Shown in pieces: positions 10,860 to 21,227 of a stretch of 64,000 nt of DNA (position 1 is its first letter; every line of letters starts with the position of its first letter). Origin of the DNA: a virus; the IMG/VR virus record IMGVR_UViG_3300028394_002801, positions 1-64,000 of that record; one strand, written 5' to 3'. Position numbers and translations under genes: made by a program. The notes below the pieces were generated by a model that was not told where the DNA came from, did not search any database, and worked only from the letters and a program-made list of their open reading frames with translations.

Positions 10860-13800
10860 TTAAATATTTTGTTTTAAATATATCCAAAGCCGAAGCCCCT
10901 TTTTTTATACCAAAATAAAAATAAAATGGTGCGCCAACTGCAAATATGTTTTTTCTATTATTATATTTAGTTGCTTGATTTTTACTATTATATAAATAAG
11001 CCCTGTCATTGTTATAACTCAAAAGATTTTCATCATTATAGAAATATTTTTCAGTATTCTTTGGGTTAAAAGAATTTTTTAGTGTTGCCAAATCTGGCTT
11101 AATTCTATCTAAATTTTGATATTCATCAGATATAATATTTGTTGTGTACCATGTGTTGGTTTCATCTCCAAAAAAAGCAGTGGATCCAGATATTGCCCAT
11201 TGATAAAATGGAACTTTTTGTGATTTAATGCCAAAATATTGTGGCTTCAACTCATTATTTAATGTCCTAAAATTAACTCTACCAGGTGTCAAATAATCTT
11301 TTAATTGCAAATCATCTTGTGATGATGAATAAAAAACACCAATAACAGGATTACCCTTTTTATCATATTGAATAGATATTTCTGAATCAGCACTATTTGT
11401 CATACTGTAAAATTCAGTAGAAAATTTATCAACCCCAAATTCAGAATTTATTGATAATAATTGACTATAATCTCCATCTGTTTTTTTATACCCTCTTGAA
11501 AATAAATCATTAATATTTTTTAAATTTTTAATAAAATTACCATTAGTAATTCTGCTAATGGCAAATAAATTAAGAATATCTGAATTATCTCCATAACTTG
11601 TTGGTTCTAACTTATCTAATACAAAAGAATAATATTCAAAATTATCACTATTAAAACCATATAATGAATTTTTATAACCCAAATCCATTATTGTTGTTGG
11701 GAATAGTAAATTTTTTTTATTCTCCTCAAATTTGTTTGCTTTCCTACCAACAAAAATATTTTCACTCATATTGTAGGGGGAACTACGATAGTAAAAATTA
11801 TTTGTAATTTTATCAAAGTATATTAAATCATTACAATAAGATTCATCATCAATAATTGCTTGATTATTATTATCATACTTAATTTTTGTCTGGATTGGGA
11901 AGGCAAATAATGATCCATTCACCCAATTATTTACAAAGACCTCTGAAACCACTCCCCTACATAACGCATAGAAAAATCTAAATCTATTAATCCATTCTGT
12001 ATATGTTTTTAAATCTTTTGGAATGTCAAGTAAAGTTCTTTTTGCAAAAGTATAACATCCATTATCAACAGAATCTTTATCTGAACAAGTTTCATCCACT
12101 TTAAAATCAACTCCTTTGCCTTTGTAACAACCTAGACTAACCATATTGTTGCAACTATTTAAAGTTGTTAACAAATTTTCTGACATAGTATATCCTGAAA
12201 AATCTTGTGGTGAGTATCCTGTATCTGATGATGGTATTGGATTGTCTGCAAATTGTTCTGCCCCAACAATTTCATAAGTTGCAAATCCTAAATTTTGTTG
12301 TAATGCTGCTGCCATACCACCATTTATTTTAAAATTATTCACAGTACTAGAAGACCATGATGCCCCATCCAAATAATCAGAAGTAGGTAGCCTATCTGTC
12401 CTAAATAATGTTTTATTATTTACACTTAATTCATTTAAATTAGTACCTGACCCATTATCAAATGAAGGTTTTGAATAATAAGTATTATTATAATCTGTAT
12501 CTTTTTTTATTAATTTTTTTATGAAAAATTTGCTCAACATTGAATTTTCCAAATAAGATGATGAATGATTTGTCAAGTTATCTGTTTTATTATACCCATT
12601 TTTAACCTCATATTTATTTGAAATTAAAGTAAGTCTAAATGATCCATTTTCTAAAAGATTATCATCACTAACTCTAAGACCTATCAAATTACTAGTAAAT
12701 TTATTACTCTCTTTAAACCCTTTTTTTAGATACTCACCCTTGTATGCTGTATTTGTGTAATAACCTATAGCATTTGTCTTAAAACTTAAAGGATTTATTG
12801 GCTGCAAAAAGTAAGAATCAAATAATATTTCTGCTGGATTATCCACTCCTTGCATTGAACTTGTGCTTGTTGGTGACAGTGCTTGTATTGGCACATTTAA
12901 TCTTGTTTTTGTTTGTATTCTAATACTTTTGGTATCATCAAAACCAAAAACCTTCCCCAACTCAAAATCATTATCATATAATGGAGAATATGGATCAACA
13001 CCTCTTTGTAGAATTAAAACATATTGATTTTCAATATTATTAAAATAAGAAATTGTTGACTTTAATTCTGGTATAATATTATTTTCCCATTTATTTATTT
13101 CATTATCATTACCTTTCCTATCATAGAACAATAATGGTTTCTCCTCACCCAAGCAAATATTCAAAAAAGAATCTTTTTTATTGTTTGCTATTTTTTTAAA
13201 ATCCCCAATAGTTAATCCGGTTAAAACTTGATAATATTCAATATCAGAAGGATATAGATATTTATCAATATCAATACCATATGGCAAAACATATGTTGTT
13301 TCTAATGAACTTTTTGCATTTGATGGGTTTGCATATTTAACAACCACTTCAGCATTTTTTGTTTCTGCTGATATTTTTGTTGTTGCAGTATAACCAGATA
13401 TAAAATTTATATCTTTTGATTTATCAAAATTCAAAAATGATAATAAAGTGCCTGATTCTCTATTTTCACTTGCAATAATAACTATAACATTATCATTATG
13501 TGTTTTTTGGTTATTTTTTGAAGCAAATGTTACCCCTATTTTTGTATTACCTTGGAAGTAATTTTCTCTACTATTAAATTTATTCACTTTTTCTGCTGGA
13601 GATAGTCCAACAGATATTGCAGCAATTTCTTTGTTTGAAGTTGCCAATGTTTGAACTTCTGAAAATAATCCCCTAAAATAATATGGATTTTTTGAATTAT
13701 ATACTTGACCTATCATAGCTTGTGTTGTTATGTTTGAAACAACATCTAAATTAGTAAACATATCTTCTTTAAGCCCAGAATCAATTTTTGTATTGCTTTG

Positions 13801-15729
13801 TATTTTACTAGAAAATAATTCTGTAACTTTTTCAAGATATTCAGCAGGGTTAGCTAACTGAGTTATTAACCCTCCTGTTGGAATTTCACTACTAGATAAC
13901 TCCATATCACCCCCACTACAATCACAAAGTTCACAATCAGGATAAGTTATCATAGGTAAATCTAATGCTTGAAATCTAAAATTCTTAACATCCTTAAAAA
14001 TCTTAAACCACTCTATTGTTGCTTTTGCTGCTAAAGCACCCAGTGTTGAAAACCCTAATATCAAACCAACCGAAGGGAATGATGTTGCTGCCTGAAGAAA
14101 TAAAAATGCTGTGACAATAGGTAATGCAAGTGAAACAGCATAAACTAAAGGAACTGCAAATAAATTCCATAAAAATTTGACAAAATGATAAACTATTATT
14201 AATACCCTACCAGTAGTAGAAAATAAAATAAACAATATTGAAAATAGAAAATAAAAAAAATCAAAATTCCTAACCCCATCATTAACTGGATATTTATTTG
14301 TTGTTGCATCACATGATGTGTCTGCAATTTCCTTAATACCAATAAAACTACCCTTATTTGAACCCCCTCTATATTGGTCAATCAAACTTGATACTGTATA
14401 TACTTTATTTGATTTAAATTCATAGAATGTATCTTCACACTTTATTGCAGCATCACTATTTGTATAACCAGACCAATCCAATCCAAAATAATATGAGCCA
14501 GCAAGTTGATTTTTATTATCATTATTAGAATTCATTGGATCAATAGTGCCCAATTTATTCCAACCATATTCTCTTATATTTGGGACAAGGAAATATGCCC
14601 GTTTTGTTTGTTCACTTATTTTCCCTGATTGTTCCCACTTTACTTTAAATCTATATTTTGATTTTGTTGGTATTCCTATGGTTGGGTCATTTGTTATTAT
14701 CTTATCCCCATTTTCATCTGTTATAACATACTCCAAATTCATAGGTAATTCAACAACCCATGCACCATTTGCATCTATAACCTTACCAACCCTAAATGTT
14801 TCCAGCACTGGTAAACCTTTATCATCTTTATTAAATGATTGTCTTATTGCTAATATCTCACCTGGGCCACTTTCTAATCCACATAAATTACCAAAATCAT
14901 CTTTTGGTTTACAGTTTGAACGTATTCTTTTACTTGAAGCTGTGCTAAATATTGACCCCATAAATATTGCTGTGGGCTGTATATCAATATTAACATCATC
15001 CCTTAAATCAAAATCAACCCTATTTATGGATGAATCACAAGTTTCAATATTCCCCCACAATGGTGAAATATTCAAACCTTTTGATATGGACACAATTTGG
15101 GGTAAGGAACTCAAATCTGTTGATTGCTGATACTGATTATTATCAAACTGCCCCTCTGTTGCCATTCCCATCCTAATCAAATCTTGGGGGGTCAAAGAAA
15201 ACTCGCCCATATCTGACAAATCAAGATCCATTAATATTGTATAACTCCCAACCGGAATACCAAATATCATATAATCCCCACTTGAATTTGTCTTTACGGT
15301 ATATTTGTAATACTTCTCATACACCTCAATGGCTTGGCCATCAAACATAACATCATTTAGTGTGGGGAATGTTCCTGTTGCAACATGCCCAGGATATGAT
15401 GGTTCATATGGCAATAAGTTATACCTATAACCATCTTCATTTTTATCATTTATTGACTTATATGGATATATAGATGTAATTAACTCATTGTTCTCATCCT
15501 CCTCACTTAATGGAATAAAAATTGAAACTCTAGCATTTGGAATACCAAAACCATTATTTGCAGTAACTCTACCCGCAACAACCCCATAGTTTGCACAATC
15601 CAATGTATAAACATCAGATTGCCTTATTTTGAAAGATAAAATCTCAAGGAATTCAATATTTTGGTCTAACTGAAAATTAACAACCTTATCTTGCCCAATT
15701 TCAGTCCTAATTCTATAACTATTTTGCAT
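10852..15729 (-). CDS. large baseplate-associated protein with N-terminal carboxypeptidase-regulatory-like domain and internal transmembrane segments
   Basis: 1625 aa; GVVAGRVTANNGFGIPNARVSIF and VKTNSSGDYMIFGIPVGSYTI (CarboxypepD_reg-like); ~85-aa hydrophobic block followed by YPDCELCDC. Confidence 0.55.
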   Translation of the reverse strand: MQNSYRIRTEIGQDKVVNFQLDQNIEFLEILSFKIRQSDVYTLDCANYGVVAGRVTANNGFGIPNARVSIFIPLSEEDENNELITSIYPYKSINDKNEDGYRYNLLPYEPSYPGHVATGTFPTLNDVMFDGQAIEVYEKYYKYTVKTNSSGDYMIFGIPVGSYTILMDLDLSDMGEFSLTPQDLIRMGMATEGQFDNNQYQQSTDLSSLPQIVSISKGLNISPLWGNIETCDSSINRVDFDLRDDVNIDIQPTAIFMGSIFSTASSKRIRSNCKPKDDFGNLCGLESGPGEILAIRQSFNKDDKGLPVLETFRVGKVIDANGAWVVELPMNLEYVITDENGDKIITNDPTIGIPTKSKYRFKVKWEQSGKISEQTKRAYFLVPNIREYGWNKLGTIDPMNSNNDNKNQLAGSYYFGLDWSGYTNSDAAIKCEDTFYEFKSNKVYTVSSLIDQYRGGSNKGSFIGIKEIADTSCDATTNKYPVNDGVRNFDFFYFLFSILFILFSTTGRVLIIVYHFVKFLWNLFAVPLVYAVSLALPIVTAFLFLQAATSFPSVGLILGFSTLGALAAKATIEWFKIFKDVKNFRFQALDLPMITYPDCELCDCSGGDMELSSSEIPTGGLITQLANPAEYLEKVTELFSSKIQSNTKIDSGLKEDMFTNLDVVSNITTQAMIGQVYNSKNPYYFRGLFSEVQTLATSNKEIAAISVGLSPAEKVNKFNSRENYFQGNTKIGVTFASKNNQKTHNDNVIVIIASENRESGTLLSFLNFDKSKDINFISGYTATTKISAETKNAEVVVKYANPSNAKSSLETTYVLPYGIDIDKYLYPSDIEYYQVLTGLTIGDFKKIANNKKDSFLNICLGEEKPLLFYDRKGNDNEINKWENNIIPELKSTISYFNNIENQYVLILQRGVDPYSPLYDNDFELGKVFGFDDTKSIRIQTKTRLNVPIQALSPTSTSSMQGVDNPAEILFDSYFLQPINPLSFKTNAIGYYTNTAYKGEYLKKGFKESNKFTSNLIGLRVSDDNLLENGSFRLTLISNKYEVKNGYNKTDNLTNHSSSYLENSMLSKFFIKKLIKKDTDYNNTYYSKPSFDNGSGTNLNELSVNNKTLFRTDRLPTSDYLDGASWSSSTVNNFKINGGMAAALQQNLGFATYEIVGAEQFADNPIPSSDTGYSPQDFSGYTMSENLLTTLNSCNNMVSLGCYKGKGVDFKVDETCSDKDSVDNGCYTFAKRTLLDIPKDLKTYTEWINRFRFFYALCRGVVSEVFVNNWVNGSLFAFPIQTKIKYDNNNQAIIDDESYCNDLIYFDKITNNFYYRSSPYNMSENIFVGRKANKFEENKKNLLFPTTIMDLGYKNSLYGFNSDNFEYYSFVLDKLEPTSYGDNSDILNLFAISRITNGNFIKNLKNINDLFSRGYKKTDGDYSQLLSINSEFGVDKFSTEFYSMTNSADSEISIQYDKKGNPVIGVFYSSSQDDLQLKDYLTPGRVNFRTLNNELKPQYFGIKSQKVPFYQWAISGSTAFFGDETNTWYTTNIISDEYQNLDRIKPDLATLKNSFNPKNTEKYFYNDENLLSYNNDRAYLYNSKNQATKYNNRKNIFAVGAPFYFYFGIKKGASALDIFKTKYLNE

Positions 15730-15808
15730 TTTATTCTTTATTATCCATAAATATTTTATTATATGTTATTTATGAAAGAATAAAGAATATCCCCAAAAAA
15801 TAAATAAT

Positions 15809-17644
15809 TTAAATAATGGTTAATCCATTATTTGTCTTTACCTTAACTGTAATATCTCTTTCTGGATACCTTATATGATATATTTCATTTGAATCAGCAT
15901 AGATTGTTTCATCAGTTGAAAGTATAATCCTATTTGATGCTGGTGGATAATAACCCACAACTGGTTCTGCGCCAGAATAATTGCCACCAACCAAATTTTT
16001 GAACAAAATATTTGATACAGTAATCACCCCATTCAAATTCTGAATGCTACTCTTTATTTCAGATATATTTATATCTTTGCCCAACTGAATATTCTGTGGT
16101 ATGAAATAATTATTTATTGTTGAAATTATATTATTAACAATATCTTTTGATGCAAAACCTGCTGATATGGTAACAGCAGCCTCAACACCAACATCTATAA
16201 CTTTTGCTGATGAAACAACAATATAATCATTTATCATTCTATAATTTGATAAATAATTTGCAATATTGTCTGTTAAAAATCTTGAATTATCACTAATCAA
16301 TTTTCCATTTGCATCATAGGATAAAACAAGCACTTGTATTTTATTATCCACCTCTTGAACTGACACCTTTGCTGGAGCCCCAAATTGTGGTGGCATATTA
16401 CGTATGATTGATTCATAATCATTTATGGTAACTGCTCTTTTCTGTGCAGCAAAATTAAAGGATACAAAATTCCTAACCTCTTCTGTGGTTGGCAATCCTG
16501 CTCCCCCAATAGCCGGGAATAAATTATTAACCCTTAATGAATTAATAACAGCCGATTCTTGTGCTGGATTCCCTGCATTCAATCTAAATGAATTAACTCC
16601 AATCTGGTTAATTGTATTTGGCCCAAGATTTGTGTTTAATCCACCACCAACTCTATATTGAACAAACAATGTGCTATTTGCTTTTAATGTCCTGCCCAAT
16701 GAGAAATTATTCAAATAATTCTGTAATGTGGGTAATTGACCAGTTGTTGTGAATTGGTTTAATTGCTCTAATGCTGTATTAACCCCATTTCCAAATGTCA
16801 ATTTCTTAAATCCTTCTGATGTGAATTCACTTACAAAACGACTATCTGTTTGAATATACTTTCCAACCTTTATACCAGCATTACCTGTGTCCTTTGTTTG
16901 GTCAATAATGAAAACCCTGTCCTCTGCCAATGAATCAACCTCATACCATTTATTTGCATCCCCAATAAAGTCTGATGATGGGGGAATTGTATTTATCTGC
17001 CCATCTTTTAATAAAACACTTGTAATACCCAAAACATTTTTATCTGGCAAAAATAATTCAAAAAATGGTCTAACATCAGATGCTGTTATAACTCTCTTAA
17101 ATACCTTTGTAACCCCATTGATAACTGGCTCACGTTTTGTTAAAGTATAATTAATAACTATATTATTTAACTTATTTGGTATAACTGTCCTATTTGGAAG
17201 ACCCTGTCCATCATAATCTGATGAAAAATCAATATCATTTATGCTTTCAAAAATAACACCATTACCCAAAACTTGTGCACCTCTCTCAAGGATACCAGCA
17301 TATCTTGCATCTGGCTTATCACCAAATGGGGGGACAACTATTGAAAAATCACATAAGGTCAATGAAGGTCTTTGTCCTGGTATTTTTAGTCCATATGTTC
17401 TTGCTATATTATATATGGATGATTTTTGTTGTGCATATTGCAAAACTGTTTCTTGCAAACTCCTATCAATATGATAATGCAAATTGTCAGCAACTGCTGC
17501 ATTCAAATCAAGGAATACTGAAAATATGGAAGCATCATTAAAATCATTAATCAAGTCAGGGTAATATGTCCTAACATAATTTAATAATTCAGTTCTTATG
17601 CTCTGAAAATCCCTAACACCATATGATATTTTTCTATCTGACAT
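15809..17644 (-). CDS. baseplate wedge subunit (T4 gp6 / baseplate J-like)
   Basis: 611 aa; RDFQSIRTEL..Y, YRVGGG..N, FAAQKRAVTINDY motifs; follows the gp25-like gene. Confidence 0.85.
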   Translation of the reverse strand: MSDRKISYGVRDFQSIRTELLNYVRTYYPDLINDFNDASIFSVFLDLNAAVADNLHYHIDRSLQETVLQYAQQKSSIYNIARTYGLKIPGQRPSLTLCDFSIVVPPFGDKPDARYAGILERGAQVLGNGVIFESINDIDFSSDYDGQGLPNRTVIPNKLNNIVINYTLTKREPVINGVTKVFKRVITASDVRPFFELFLPDKNVLGITSVLLKDGQINTIPPSSDFIGDANKWYEVDSLAEDRVFIIDQTKDTGNAGIKVGKYIQTDSRFVSEFTSEGFKKLTFGNGVNTALEQLNQFTTTGQLPTLQNYLNNFSLGRTLKANSTLFVQYRVGGGLNTNLGPNTINQIGVNSFRLNAGNPAQESAVINSLRVNNLFPAIGGAGLPTTEEVRNFVSFNFAAQKRAVTINDYESIIRNMPPQFGAPAKVSVQEVDNKIQVLVLSYDANGKLISDNSRFLTDNIANYLSNYRMINDYIVVSSAKVIDVGVEAAVTISAGFASKDIVNNIISTINNYFIPQNIQLGKDINISEIKSSIQNLNGVITVSNILFKNLVGGNYSGAEPVVGYYPPASNRIILSTDETIYADSNEIYHIRYPERDITVKVKTNNGLTII

Positions 17645-17645
17645 A

Positions 17646-18122
17646 TTATATATTTATTACGACAAATTCACTACCTGAAAAACTATTGTTATTTGTAGTG
17701 TATTCTATTTTTATTTTTGCTGTATTTTGATATGTGCCATTACCAGGCGAACGATAAACCTTATCCCTTGATGATAACCCCACATCATCCACACTCAATC
17801 TGTTTCCTTGAACCTCCTCATTCTGATCCAAAGGCTCAATAATTATCTTGTTGATAACCAAATTTGGTATATACTTTGCAACAGAATCCCTAATATCATT
17901 TTCAATCACATCAAATGAAACAACATCCAATGGTTCAAATAGAAATTCATATAATCTTGTCCCAAAATCTGGTAAATAATATCTGCTACCTTTTCTTGTT
18001 AATAACAAATGCAATAAAGATGCTCTAATCTCATCTGAAGCAGTTTCTGTCATCTTTAAGGCATCACCCCTAAGTGATGTATCAAAGGGGAAATCAACAC
18101 CATATGTAAAACCTTCAGCCAT
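17646..18122 (-). CDS. baseplate wedge / sheath initiator (T4 gp25 / gpW-like)
   Basis: LLHLLLTRKGSRYYLPDFGTRLYEFLFEP is the gp25 family signature. Confidence 0.9.
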   Translation of the reverse strand: MAEGFTYGVDFPFDTSLRGDALKMTETASDEIRASLLHLLLTRKGSRYYLPDFGTRLYEFLFEPLDVVSFDVIENDIRDSVAKYIPNLVINKIIIEPLDQNEEVQGNRLSVDDVGLSSRDKVYRSPGNGTYQNTAKIKIEYTTNNNSFSGSEFVVINI

Positions 18123-18137
18123 TATAACTCATTTAAA

Positions 18138-18194
18138 TATAAATATATCTTTTTCACAAATTTGTAAACTATTTTAATTTATTGTATATTTATA
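18138..18194. promoter_or_regulatory. divergent pair of TATTTATA promoter motifs
   Basis: minus-strand copy at 18138-18145 is 15 nt before the gp25 ATG; plus-strand copy at 18187-18194 is 11 nt before the ATG at 18206. Confidence 0.55.
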
Positions 18195-18205
18195 TAAAAA
18201 AAAAT

Positions 18206-18466
18206 ATGAAAACAATAAAATTATCAGAAGCTGATTTAACTAAATTAATTGCAAGAATTGTTGAAGAAAAAGGAAGTGAAGGTCACTTTATGGACTACCA
18301 TAAAGAAGGTAAAGCAAAAACTGGCAAAAAAGCACTATCTATGATTAAAAAAATCACAGATAAACTTTCAACAATGAAAGATAAATTTGATAATAGTAAT
18401 TTTGCATTTAGTGAAGCTGATGTAAAAAAACTTGAAAGTATTTATGATACATTGAGTGGAAAATAA
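18206..18466 (+). CDS. small helical protein, putative internal head protein
   Basis: 86 aa from ATG 18206 (MKTIKLSEADLTKLIARIVEE...); has its own promoter motif and a downstream terminator. Confidence 0.6.
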   Translation: MKTIKLSEADLTKLIARIVEEKGSEGHFMDYHKEGKAKTGKKALSMIKKITDKLSTMKDKFDNSNFAFSEADVKKLESIYDTLSGK

Positions 18467-18473
18467 AAAAGAT

Positions 18474-18513
18474 AAAAACCCCCAATTCTAAATTAATAGG
18501 TTGGGGGTTTTTT
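18474..18513. terminator. bidirectional rho-independent terminator
   Basis: AAAAACCCCCAA-N15-TTGGGGGTTTTT inverted repeat between convergent genes. Confidence 0.85.
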
Positions 18514-18534
18514 ATTTAACAAATTGTATCAAAT

Positions 18535-20160
18535 CTAAGATTCACAACTAACACACTCATTAATATTTCTTGCAAATGATTGTGCTGAACTCTGGCTAAA
18601 CTGATAGTAAAGCGTCTTAACCCCCTCTTCATGTGCATATAGATATAATTGATTTATATCCTTTGCTGGAACTGATGGGTGTATCATCAAATTTAATGAC
18701 TGTGATTGGTCAATAAATTTTTGCCTCTGTGCTGCTTGTAATATCAATTCTTTTGGTGATATTTCAATAAATGATTTAAACACCTCTTTTGTGGGAAAAT
18801 CCAAATGCTGAACCGATCCATCTTTCTTTAAAATGCTTTCCCAGGTTTCTGGTGTATTTAAACCATACTTATCCAATTCAATTTCCAAAAATGGATTCTT
18901 ATAAATTGTTTTTGATTTTGCCAAATCTTTAATAAAATAATTTGATTTGATTGGCTCAATACCCATACTTACTTGTCCCAGAATAAAAGAACTTGACTTG
19001 GTTGGGGCAATAGCAATTAATGTTGTGTTGGCATAACCTTCTCTTAAACATTCATATCCCTTCTCTTCATATAAATATTTTGAAGCCAATTCAGATTTTT
19101 CTTTAATTGTTTTAAATATTTGATGATTTAATTGCTTTGCCATCAAAGATTCAAATTGAATTAATTTTGATTGGAATAATGAATGATACCCCAAAACACC
19201 CAACCCAATTGCTCTATGTTGTGATGCAAATCTATTAGCCCTTTTCATACCAGCCATTTTACCTGACTTCAATATAAATTCATCCATAACTGCATTTAAG
19301 AACATAGTATAAACCTCAATTGCATCAGTCTCAATTATCTCATCCCAATGAAGTAAATTTAATGAACCTAAACAACAAACAAATGAGTTTAATGAATCTG
19401 TTGGCAATTGAATCTCGGAGCACAAGTTACTTGCAGTTATCTCCATACCCAACTCTTTATATGGGGTATTGTTGTTTGAGTTATCCTTGAACATAATATA
19501 TGGAAACCCAAACTCATTACGTCTTTGAATAATCTTTGCCCAGATTTTTCTCTTGCTTGGGTCACCCCCCTTCATATCATTAATCCAATTATCTGAAACA
19601 GTAACACCATATTGTAAATTCTGGATTGGATTGCCCTCTGATCCAATATCAAGAAACTCCATAATATCCTCATGTTCAACTGGCAACCAAACTGCGCATG
19701 CACCCCTTCTTGCCTCTGATTGTTTGCATACATCAACAACTGTGTCATACACCCTTGCATAATGCACAGGTCCATCAGCAGTCCCACCTGTTGATATTTT
19801 GCTACCTCTTGCTCTAATATTACCTAAATAAGCACTTGTGCCACCACCATATTTTGACATCATACCAATCTCTCTTCCAGCATTTAAAATGCTATCTAAT
19901 GTGTCATCAATATTGGATCCATAACAAGATATGGGTAAACCCTTCTCTTTGCCAAAATTAATCCATACTGGTGTAGAAAGGCTATAAAATCCCCTTGCCA
20001 TATATTCCTCAAACTTAACAGCAAACCCATCAATTTTTAAATATTCTTCTGCTTTATTTGCAATATCTTTAATCCTTTGCTCGGGGGTCTCATTTATATA
20101 CCCCCTTGATAAGAAAAGCCTACTCTCATCATTTAACCAATAATATTTTTCTTTATTCAT
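18535..20160 (-). CDS. nrdA: ribonucleotide reductase class I alpha subunit (short, no ATP cone; class Id type)
   Basis: PISCY, SNLCSEI, VCCLGSLNL, IAPTKSSS, KTLYY and C-terminal CVSCES; only 541 aa. Confidence 0.95.
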   Translation of the reverse strand: MNKEKYYWLNDESRLFLSRGYINETPEQRIKDIANKAEEYLKIDGFAVKFEEYMARGFYSLSTPVWINFGKEKGLPISCYGSNIDDTLDSILNAGREIGMMSKYGGGTSAYLGNIRARGSKISTGGTADGPVHYARVYDTVVDVCKQSEARRGACAVWLPVEHEDIMEFLDIGSEGNPIQNLQYGVTVSDNWINDMKGGDPSKRKIWAKIIQRRNEFGFPYIMFKDNSNNNTPYKELGMEITASNLCSEIQLPTDSLNSFVCCLGSLNLLHWDEIIETDAIEVYTMFLNAVMDEFILKSGKMAGMKRANRFASQHRAIGLGVLGYHSLFQSKLIQFESLMAKQLNHQIFKTIKEKSELASKYLYEEKGYECLREGYANTTLIAIAPTKSSSFILGQVSMGIEPIKSNYFIKDLAKSKTIYKNPFLEIELDKYGLNTPETWESILKKDGSVQHLDFPTKEVFKSFIEISPKELILQAAQRQKFIDQSQSLNLMIHPSVPAKDINQLYLYAHEEGVKTLYYQFSQSSAQSFARNINECVSCES

Positions 20161-20171
20161 TATATTTGTTT

Positions 20172-21149
20172 TTAAAATAAATCATCTTCTGTTATACTCT
20201 TACTTTTTTTATTGTAATCCACCGATTTTTTATAGAAGAAATCCCCCTCCTTTGTTGATAAAATCTCGACATCAAACCATAATGTCTTCTCAATCTCTGT
20301 AAAATCAACCTCAAATACTGGCTTCATGCCAATTCTACTTAATGAGTTGTTAAATCTATTCTGAATGAAATGTTTAATTGTGTCTTTTGACAAGAAACTT
20401 AATTCACCATTCTCAAATATCCAATCCAATATTCCACATTCAGCAGCATACGCTTTATGACAAGCAGAAACAATCAATTCCTCAAATTCAGCATCAAACC
20501 ATTCTGGGTTTTCTTCCTTGATAATATTGATAAGTTCTGATCCAAAATTGCCATGAATTTCTTCCTCCTTTGAGGTTGCCTCAACCACATTTGAAATACC
20601 CTTGAATAGATTTTTCTCCTTGTTAAAGGACATCATAATCAAAAACTGGCTAAATAAACTCACGTGTTCAATAAATAATGAGAACAACAATATAGACTTT
20701 GTGTACATCTTATTCTCCTTACTCCTTGTTCCATCCAAATATTTTGATAGATATCTAATTCTATTCTTTATGGCGGGGATTTCAATAACTGATTTAAACT
20801 CATCTTCTAATCCAAGAATTCGTAATAATTGTGCATAAGCATCCTTGTGACGAACTTCGCTTTCGGAGAATGTCATACCAACATCACCAATTTCAGTTAT
20901 AGGCATTCTCTTGTATAAGTCGGCCCAGAATGTTTTGACATTCACCTCAATTTGTGCAATAGCCAACATAGTTCTTTTAATAACTTCACGTTCTTCATTT
21001 GTTATTTTTGTCCTATAGTCATCAATATCACTTGTAAAGTTAAACTCACTTGCAAGCCAATAAGCATGTCTTATAGCATCCTTATATGCTAATAAAGATG
21101 GATATTCATAAGGCAAAATATTTACCCTCTTTTCAAAAATGTTCTTCAT
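20172..21149 (-). CDS. nrdB: ribonucleotide reductase class I beta subunit (class Id signature)
   Basis: metal ligands E68, E98xxH101, IEH and EEIH; also Y105 and K72; C-terminal DFF...DY. Confidence 0.93.
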   Translation of the reverse strand: MKNIFEKRVNILPYEYPSLLAYKDAIRHAYWLASEFNFTSDIDDYRTKITNEEREVIKRTMLAIAQIEVNVKTFWADLYKRMPITEIGDVGMTFSESEVRHKDAYAQLLRILGLEDEFKSVIEIPAIKNRIRYLSKYLDGTRSKENKMYTKSILLFSLFIEHVSLFSQFLIMMSFNKEKNLFKGISNVVEATSKEEEIHGNFGSELINIIKEENPEWFDAEFEELIVSACHKAYAAECGILDWIFENGELSFLSKDTIKHFIQNRFNNSLSRIGMKPVFEVDFTEIEKTLWFDVEILSTKEGDFFYKKSVDYNKKSKSITEDDLF

Positions 21150-21227
21150 ATTCCTTTTTTTATATGGTTAAGATAAATATAAAACCAGAGGATAAAAGTA
21201 TCAAATTTTAATGTCAAAATCAATTTT

